Source: a virus
Lineage: Duplodnaviria > Caudoviricetes
Length of the DNA stretch: 59,986 nt
IMG/VR virus record: IMGVR_UViG_3300022746_000173
Coordinates: 1-59,986 of that record
Direction: 5' to 3' (one strand)
Shown piece after piece: positions 54,689 through 59,986 of the stretch (its first letter is position 1; every line of letters begins with the position of its first letter). The translations under genes were made by a program, and so were the position numbers. The notes below the pieces were generated by a model. That model searched no databases. It was not told the DNA's origin and saw only the letters and a program-made list of their open reading frames with translations.

Positions 54689-56080
54689 TTAATGTCTAGG
54701 CCATCCAGATACAAAAACAGTCCAGACTGGGTCATTATTGCCGATTCGGTTGTTATCTCTGCGTACACCAATACGTTGTTTAATGGCACTGGCAATGTGA
54801 TCACCGTCTCGGCTACCAGCTTTGCCAGTTTCATAGTTTACTATTCGTGCAATTAAAGCGTCAAGCTGTTCCATTTTATACAGTTCGACGTCTAACCCGT
54901 CTCTGGGGCTGACTGCAAAGTCTTTGACCATTTTGGGACTGTAATCTAGTGCAGTTTCTACTTCTTTAACCCAAGTTCTAACTTCGTCGTTCCACTCTAG
55001 GTAGTTGTTTAGATGATCGTCTTCGCGCACACGGTCCCAATCAACATCACCATTTTCGTCTTCCCAGCCACGCTCACGTGCCTGCTCTGCTTGCCATTCA
55101 GTAAAGTAATCGTCTTGGTGTTCCCAATTCATTACTTCGTCCCATAGCCAGTCTCGGGCAATTTCTTTAATCTTTTCTAGTAACGGTGCCAATGTTTCAT
55201 CATCAGTGTAGGCAACATACTCTTTGATTTCTGGTTCTTGCTGCTTGAAGAAATCTATCAGATGAAAGCGATCATCAATGAGGTCAAGTAGTGAGACTTG
55301 TTCGTCTTGCTCGTCCATGAACTGTTCGCTAGGGAAATGTAACTGGTACTTTTCACCTTCATACCTAGCATGTGTTGGGATTAGGATATACAACGGACCT
55401 TGACGGCTGTAGTGGTTAAAGTAGTTGGTACCCTGTGTTGCGGCTGTACACCAACGTGTGCCACGTCCATAGTAGCAAGCTGCTGACTCATCTTCTGGTA
55501 CAACAATGCGAACTTCCGCATCCTTGTACATTTCAGTAACTTTGCCCTTATCAGCAACTTCATCTTCGGGCAATGCATACTCGTCCATGTTGTCCATGAA
55601 GTTACCAAAGCTGTTGTACCGGTTGATATCGTTTGCTGGAGGCTTTAGAATCTTTTTACGCTTTAGAATAACAAACTTATGTAGGTATTCCCTTATGGTA
55701 CTGGTAACATCTTCTAGCTTTGTATCGCCGGTAATGTAACGGGCAGCAATCCATTGTACATATTCTTTGTGTGCTGTTGGGTCGCCTTGTTCTAATGTTG
55801 CTAGAATAGCATCAATTAGTGCTGGTTTTATTTTTTGTAGTATTTCCGGAGCGTTTGCTTTATTGATAGTGGTCTTCTGCCCTAGTACATTCATAATGAT
55901 TGTATCTTCAAAGTGAAACTTTGGGCGAACGACCATATCTACTATAGTCCATGCGCCATACAAAATGTCAGGCAGGGAATGGCCGTTTTCCTTGGCATGG
56001 AACGATGTAATAAGACGGTCGCCCATCTTTTGGGCAGTTACATCTCTGCGGTATTCTAGTAAAAATTCTTTTGCTCGCAT
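54689..56080 (-). CDS. WCTA-domain protein, paralog of the N-terminal half of 51929-54658
   Basis: MRAKEFLLEY; DPT..K.Y, WCTA, F..Y...GPL+I, EKYQ.HF...QFMD..D. Confidence 0.75.
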   Translation of the reverse strand: MRAKEFLLEYRRDVTAQKMGDRLITSFHAKENGHSLPDILYGAWTIVDMVVRPKFHFEDTIIMNVLGQKTTINKANAPEILQKIKPALIDAILATLEQGDPTAHKEYVQWIAARYITGDTKLEDVTSTIREYLHKFVILKRKKILKPPANDINRYNSFGNFMDNMDEYALPEDEVADKGKVTEMYKDAEVRIVVPEDESAACYYGRGTRWCTAATQGTNYFNHYSRQGPLYILIPTHARYEGEKYQLHFPSEQFMDEQDEQVSLLDLIDDRFHLIDFFKQQEPEIKEYVAYTDDETLAPLLEKIKEIARDWLWDEVMNWEHQDDYFTEWQAEQARERGWEDENGDVDWDRVREDDHLNNYLEWNDEVRTWVKEVETALDYSPKMVKDFAVSPRDGLDVELYKMEQLDALIARIVNYETGKAGSRDGDHIASAIKQRIGVRRDNNRIGNNDPVWTVFVSGWPRH

Positions 56081-56087
56081 GATCTAT

Positions 56088-56798
56088 TTAGTTGTCTTCC
56101 GGTTCCCACCCGGTGAATAGCTCACGCAGGTCAATGTTATCGTGGTGTATTAACAAGTCAATAAAATCAATAGACAATACAAATGACAATGATTCTGCGG
56201 CATCGAGTGCTGCTGGTAATGGTTGTCTTCTGAAGGTGTTGGCTAGCTCAATTAACTGTGGAATGTCTGCAATTTGATCACGAGTCCATTCTTTTTCCAC
56301 AGGATCTGTGGCTATTTCTAAGTTGTGTCTTAGTTCTCTAAGTTCGCTGGTTGCAATGCGTATTAGTGCATCACCAATTCGCATGCCTTTAGTTGGGGCA
56401 AACATGTCGTCATCCGTCTCACTTAGATGTTTAGCATCGCCCTTCTCTTGCCACTTGTCCCACATACGTCTGCCTGCATCAAGTTGATAACTAGATGGAT
56501 TAATAGTATTACCTAGCATACGTGCATACGCATACATGTTAGATGCAATGCCTTTGTTTCTATATGACTTTGCAACTTTGGTCCAGTCACTGGACAATGA
56601 TAGCCCTTCATGTCGTGGAAGGCGAAACTTTGCAAATCCGATGCATTGTCCGCCAGCATATGCCCTAACAACAAACTGTTGGTCGTTCTTTAGTGTTTTA
56701 GCTCTGTATACAATACCGTCTATCTCAAGTTCATGAGAAAAATCCTGGTGGTAAACGTCAGGATTTATGTCTTCGACTACGAACTCACTAGCTCTCAT
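56088..56798 (-). CDS. GNAT acetyltransferase domain plus C-terminal helical module
   Basis: MRASEFVVE; V...YRNKGIAS.MY (acetyl-CoA motif A), Q...GR.MW; linker LSETDDDMF. Confidence 0.75.
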   Translation of the reverse strand: MRASEFVVEDINPDVYHQDFSHELEIDGIVYRAKTLKNDQQFVVRAYAGGQCIGFAKFRLPRHEGLSLSSDWTKVAKSYRNKGIASNMYAYARMLGNTINPSSYQLDAGRRMWDKWQEKGDAKHLSETDDDMFAPTKGMRIGDALIRIATSELRELRHNLEIATDPVEKEWTRDQIADIPQLIELANTFRRQPLPAALDAAESLSFVLSIDFIDLLIHHDNIDLRELFTGWEPEDN

Positions 56799-58822
56799 CT
56801 GATTCTCTTTGGCTCGTTGCCTAGTTGTGCAGCATTACTGATATTCTTGCTATCTGCCTCTGGCCATGCATAAATGTATTCACCTGCAAAGTCTTTGACC
56901 AACAACCAACGAATGCCTGCTGCACTGTACTGATGTGTCTGTGCAGAGTAACCTGGCATAACTTGTGCAAAGTCGATATCGCCCGGACCCATGTCGTTGC
57001 CGTTCTCACGTACAAAGTTAGCAACTGCATTTACTTCCATACGTGTATTGGGACCTTGACCACCCAAGTTACCGATCATGTAGATCTCTTCTGTCGGGGT
57101 GTTGGTCATGCTGCCAAACAACACTTTACCTAATTGACGAATCATGCGACTCATGTTGCCTGGTAAACGTGCTACCTGGTGGAATGCTGGGCTAGTTTCG
57201 CCTGCTGCTGCAAGTGCTTGTCCTGCCACTGATGGCAAGTTTTCGGTGTTAACTTCTGTACTAATGTCTAAAGTGGGCTCTTCATCTGGATAATCGGCCA
57301 AGTCTGGATCAATATCAATGTTACCTAAATTGTTCAAATGACGCATTGCTTCGGGAGGCAACTGTACACCTGCTGTGGCACGGCGTGTATCGCCTGCACT
57401 TGCTTGGCGCATCTTAGGAGACGCTGTGCCCGCAGACTTGTGTTGCTGTGGATCTGGGCGACTTGCTAGTGGCTGATCCTTTTGTTGTTGGAATGGATCG
57501 TAATCAAACTTTGGTTTAGTTTTTGTTTGCTGCTTACGCTCTGGTGCAGGCGGCTCATCTAATTCAACCTCAGCTTCACGAATGTTTCTAACCTGCTGAA
57601 CCATTTGTCTTGTAATTGGTAAACGTTTTGTTTCAAATCCTGGAGTGTCATCGTAAAATAACTCACCTAGTTCTTCTTGTGTCGGGTCTTCATCGAAATA
57701 TGTAAAGTCCGGAATAAAAGCAATTTGCTTGTTTTCGCGGTCAACAATGGTTAATCCGTCTGTGTAGCCACCAAAGCTATCATCAAACCCACCACCGCCG
57801 ACCATAAAACCCAATGGACCATCTTCGGGAAAGTTGAATTTACTTAGAATACGATCTAAATGAGATGCAAACATATTGTCATCGTCATTGTTTTCGTTTA
57901 CAGCATCGTTCTTAAAGAATTTACGTGCCGACTGTTTAAAGTCAGCATCGGTTCTCAAGGATTGATCTTTACTAAATGAATCCCAAGCCTGGTACAAATC
58001 GTTGTAATGACCTTCTTCAATCATCCAGCCAAAGTCAATTAAGCCTTCGTAGCCGGCTTCCCTAACTAATTCGTCAACGACATACGCTTTGTCAAATGGG
58101 GCGCCAGTGAGATCCAGCACCAAATTGAATAACATATCTACGCCGCCACCGGCCATGTCATCGTGGGCATCTGAGTAGTATTTTTGGATTCTAGGATTTT
58201 TCATAGCACGGGTTCCCTCTTCTTCAAGGGTGCGTAACAGTCCTAAACCGTACTCGTATATTTGACGTTGAGCATCTGGTGGAACACGAGTTGATGCAAA
58301 CATTTCGTCGTTTTCGTAGACGTCATCCTCGTAATCGTCTTCATCTTCGTCGTCACTCCACTGAGTTGGACTAGACATGTCATACATATCTGCTTGATTA
58401 GGATGATAGTTGCCATTACTATTTCGTATTGCAGCCATAACACCGTCTGTGATTTGGTCAAGTGCCAGGCCAATCTTGTTTTCTATTTTTTGGTTATCGG
58501 GATGTGTTTTTCCTGTGGCATACGGACTAATAGTGTTCCATAAGGTATGAGGAATATTAACACCAAATGATGGCAAATATTGCTGTAGGTAAGCAAGTGC
58601 TCCGCTCCAGTTGTTACCAAATCCGTTGTTATAAAAGTCGTGTTGTATTTTAGAAACTGCACGTAGCATTTCACCTTCAACGGTTTCTGCTTTGCCCGAT
58701 GCAGGAATTAGCTGATCCCAGAAGACACGGTATTCATGTGGTTGACGGTCTGAGTCGTAGTATTTTCCAGGACGCTTGGCAGCGAACATGTCGTCATTTT
58801 CAAATAATTCATTAATAAACAT
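56795..58822 (-). CDS. Acidic multidomain protein with DDMF-type linkers
   Basis: MFINELFENDDMF; internal VYENDEMF and VNENNDDDNMF. Confidence 0.7.
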   Translation of the reverse strand: MFINELFENDDMFAAKRPGKYYDSDRQPHEYRVFWDQLIPASGKAETVEGEMLRAVSKIQHDFYNNGFGNNWSGALAYLQQYLPSFGVNIPHTLWNTISPYATGKTHPDNQKIENKIGLALDQITDGVMAAIRNSNGNYHPNQADMYDMSSPTQWSDDEDEDDYEDDVYENDEMFASTRVPPDAQRQIYEYGLGLLRTLEEEGTRAMKNPRIQKYYSDAHDDMAGGGVDMLFNLVLDLTGAPFDKAYVVDELVREAGYEGLIDFGWMIEEGHYNDLYQAWDSFSKDQSLRTDADFKQSARKFFKNDAVNENNDDDNMFASHLDRILSKFNFPEDGPLGFMVGGGGFDDSFGGYTDGLTIVDRENKQIAFIPDFTYFDEDPTQEELGELFYDDTPGFETKRLPITRQMVQQVRNIREAEVELDEPPAPERKQQTKTKPKFDYDPFQQQKDQPLASRPDPQQHKSAGTASPKMRQASAGDTRRATAGVQLPPEAMRHLNNLGNIDIDPDLADYPDEEPTLDISTEVNTENLPSVAGQALAAAGETSPAFHQVARLPGNMSRMIRQLGKVLFGSMTNTPTEEIYMIGNLGGQGPNTRMEVNAVANFVRENGNDMGPGDIDFAQVMPGYSAQTHQYSAAGIRWLLVKDFAGEYIYAWPEADSKNISNAAQLGNEPKRIR

Positions 58823-58825
58823 ATA

Positions 58826-59986
58826 TTACTTATCTTCTGTGTAAATTGAACTGTTGCTGGATTCATTTTCATCAATGACAGGCGGGCCGTTCATTGGGTA
58901 CGACACATAAATGCCGCGCCCCGCCAATGCTAATCCTAGTTTTACTTTTTGTCGACGGTGCGCTTCTGCATATTCTGGACGGTTATCATCTTTGATGGCA
59001 TTCCATAACATTATCAGCGTATCCGTTGGCATCTTCTTGAGTTTGTCTAGCCTGGTAGTAGACTTTGAAAACATTTCATCATCGTCTTCAGATTCATTCA
59101 ATTCGCCTGTATCGTATTTGTCCATTAGTGCAGATAAGTCGATGCTAAAGTCAGCAGCAAGTTCACCTAGGTCTTCCCATGAGCTTGTATCTTCTAAGCC
59201 CGTAAGCTCGCTAATACCGGCACGTAGTCCATTTAGAAATGCATTTGATGCACGTTCTAGCACATATGCCTCTGAATGATATAGCTCGGCAGCGTCTGGT
59301 TCAACACTAGTTCTGGCATATTTGTGATATCTACGAGATAATTGATGAGTAATATTAGATAAAGTGCGTGGGTTAACCACTACACGGTTATTAGAAAACA
59401 TATCATCGCCATCTTCTTCGTCTATCGGTAAGTATTGATCGTCAAGTTGATTTAAGTAGACTTTGTGCTTGATTGCTAATTCAGAATCTATAGTCTCAAG
59501 TACACTTATGGCAACCATATCTAATCCATTAAGAAAAGCCTTGATGCCACCGCGTGCCAATTCGCCACGTAGATAATCGTAATCACTTAGATATTCGCCA
59601 AGTTTAATGTACCACTCTTCGCTATTGCTTGGGTCTGATTCGTCATATAACGCTTGATAGTGATCGTAGAATCCATCTAACACAGATTTAATTGCCTGTT
59701 CAGTTTTAGTTCGGGCGCTTGGCGCAAACATGTCATCTTCTTCAGTTAGTCCCAAATGTCCTGTGATTAGTTCTTCAGGATCCCAGTCCTCAACTTCTCT
59801 ACAATAGTTATAATAGTCTTCTCGGACGTCACGATCAACTAGTACCCATTGTACTAATCCGGCTTGCATGCCCTTTTTAAACGCTGCACCAGCAGCCAAC
59901 ATGGCTTTACCGTTACGGATCAAATCTCCTGCATATTCATGTACCGCTTCATCCTGTGAATACTGTACGTCACGGCCCATCTCTAA
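58826..59986 (-). CDS. Acidic repeat protein with DDMF-type linkers (5'-truncated)
   Basis: Frame open to the window edge; LTEEDDMF, IDEEDGDDMF and LNESEDDDEMF separate ~100-aa helical units. Confidence 0.7.
   Translation of the reverse strand, partial: LEMGRDVQYSQDEAVHEYAGDLIRNGKAMLAAGAAFKKGMQAGLVQWVLVDRDVREDYYNYCREVEDWDPEELITGHLGLTEEDDMFAPSARTKTEQAIKSVLDGFYDHYQALYDESDPSNSEEWYIKLGEYLSDYDYLRGELARGGIKAFLNGLDMVAISVLETIDSELAIKHKVYLNQLDDQYLPIDEEDGDDMFSNNRVVVNPRTLSNITHQLSRRYHKYARTSVEPDAAELYHSEAYVLERASNAFLNGLRAGISELTGLEDTSSWEDLGELAADFSIDLSALMDKYDTGELNESEDDDEMFSKSTTRLDKLKKMPTDTLIMLWNAIKDDNRPEYAEAHRRQKVKLGLALAGRGIYVSYPMNGPPVIDENESSNSSIYTEDK

Noticed and set aside
1-59986. CRISPR array, tRNA or rRNA genes, IS elements
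   Set aside because: No regularly spaced repeats, cloverleafs with a T-loop consensus, or transposases seen by eye; a dedicated scan could still find a divergent tRNA
1-59986. Stop-codon reassignment
   Set aside because: Conserved genes are full length in the standard code and tile the window densely; TAA and TGA end most genes and no conserved gene is broken by TAG
1-59986. Cellular or eukaryotic-virus origin
   Set aside because: SD sequences, overlapping operonic genes, T4-like polymerase, clamp and RNase H, and TAAATA promoters indicate a bacteriophage

Overview
A 60 kb, gene-dense fragment of a large tailed dsDNA phage (distantly T4-related / jumbo-phage type), mostly on the minus strand and in the standard genetic code. 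Main blocks: (1) 1-11.9 kb, a glycan/surface-tailoring cluster (radical SAM, three SGNH-like proteins, NodU/CmcH carbamoyltransferase, APS kinase, glycosyltransferase-like proteins, DegT aminotransferase, NDP-sugar epimerase). (2) A free-standing HNH nuclease, thyA and DHFR. (3) Probable early genes: BI-1/YccA, a MoxR-like AAA ATPase with a vWA/metallopeptidase partner, and a DGQHR/HNH cassette. (4) A T4-RNase-H-like 5'-3' exonuclease among many small ORFs. (5) A dispersed 7-deazaguanine pathway: folE, queD, queE, a second QueD-like protein with an LxxxHRHxF motif, and a TGT-fold transglycosylase, with a glycosyltransferase nearby and no queC in the window. A preQ1-I-riboswitch-like pseudoknot lies directly upstream of queD. 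(6) Sliding clamp and family B DNA polymerase, preceded by two tandem H-type pseudoknots. (7) 50.6-60 kb, acidic modular proteins sharing an N-terminal M-R-x-x-[DE]-[FI]-x-x-E motif and internal [LIV]xE..DDMF or GVAE linkers, which look like protease-processed capsid-cargo polyproteins. All calls come from motif recognition by eye; no database searches or folding programs were run.
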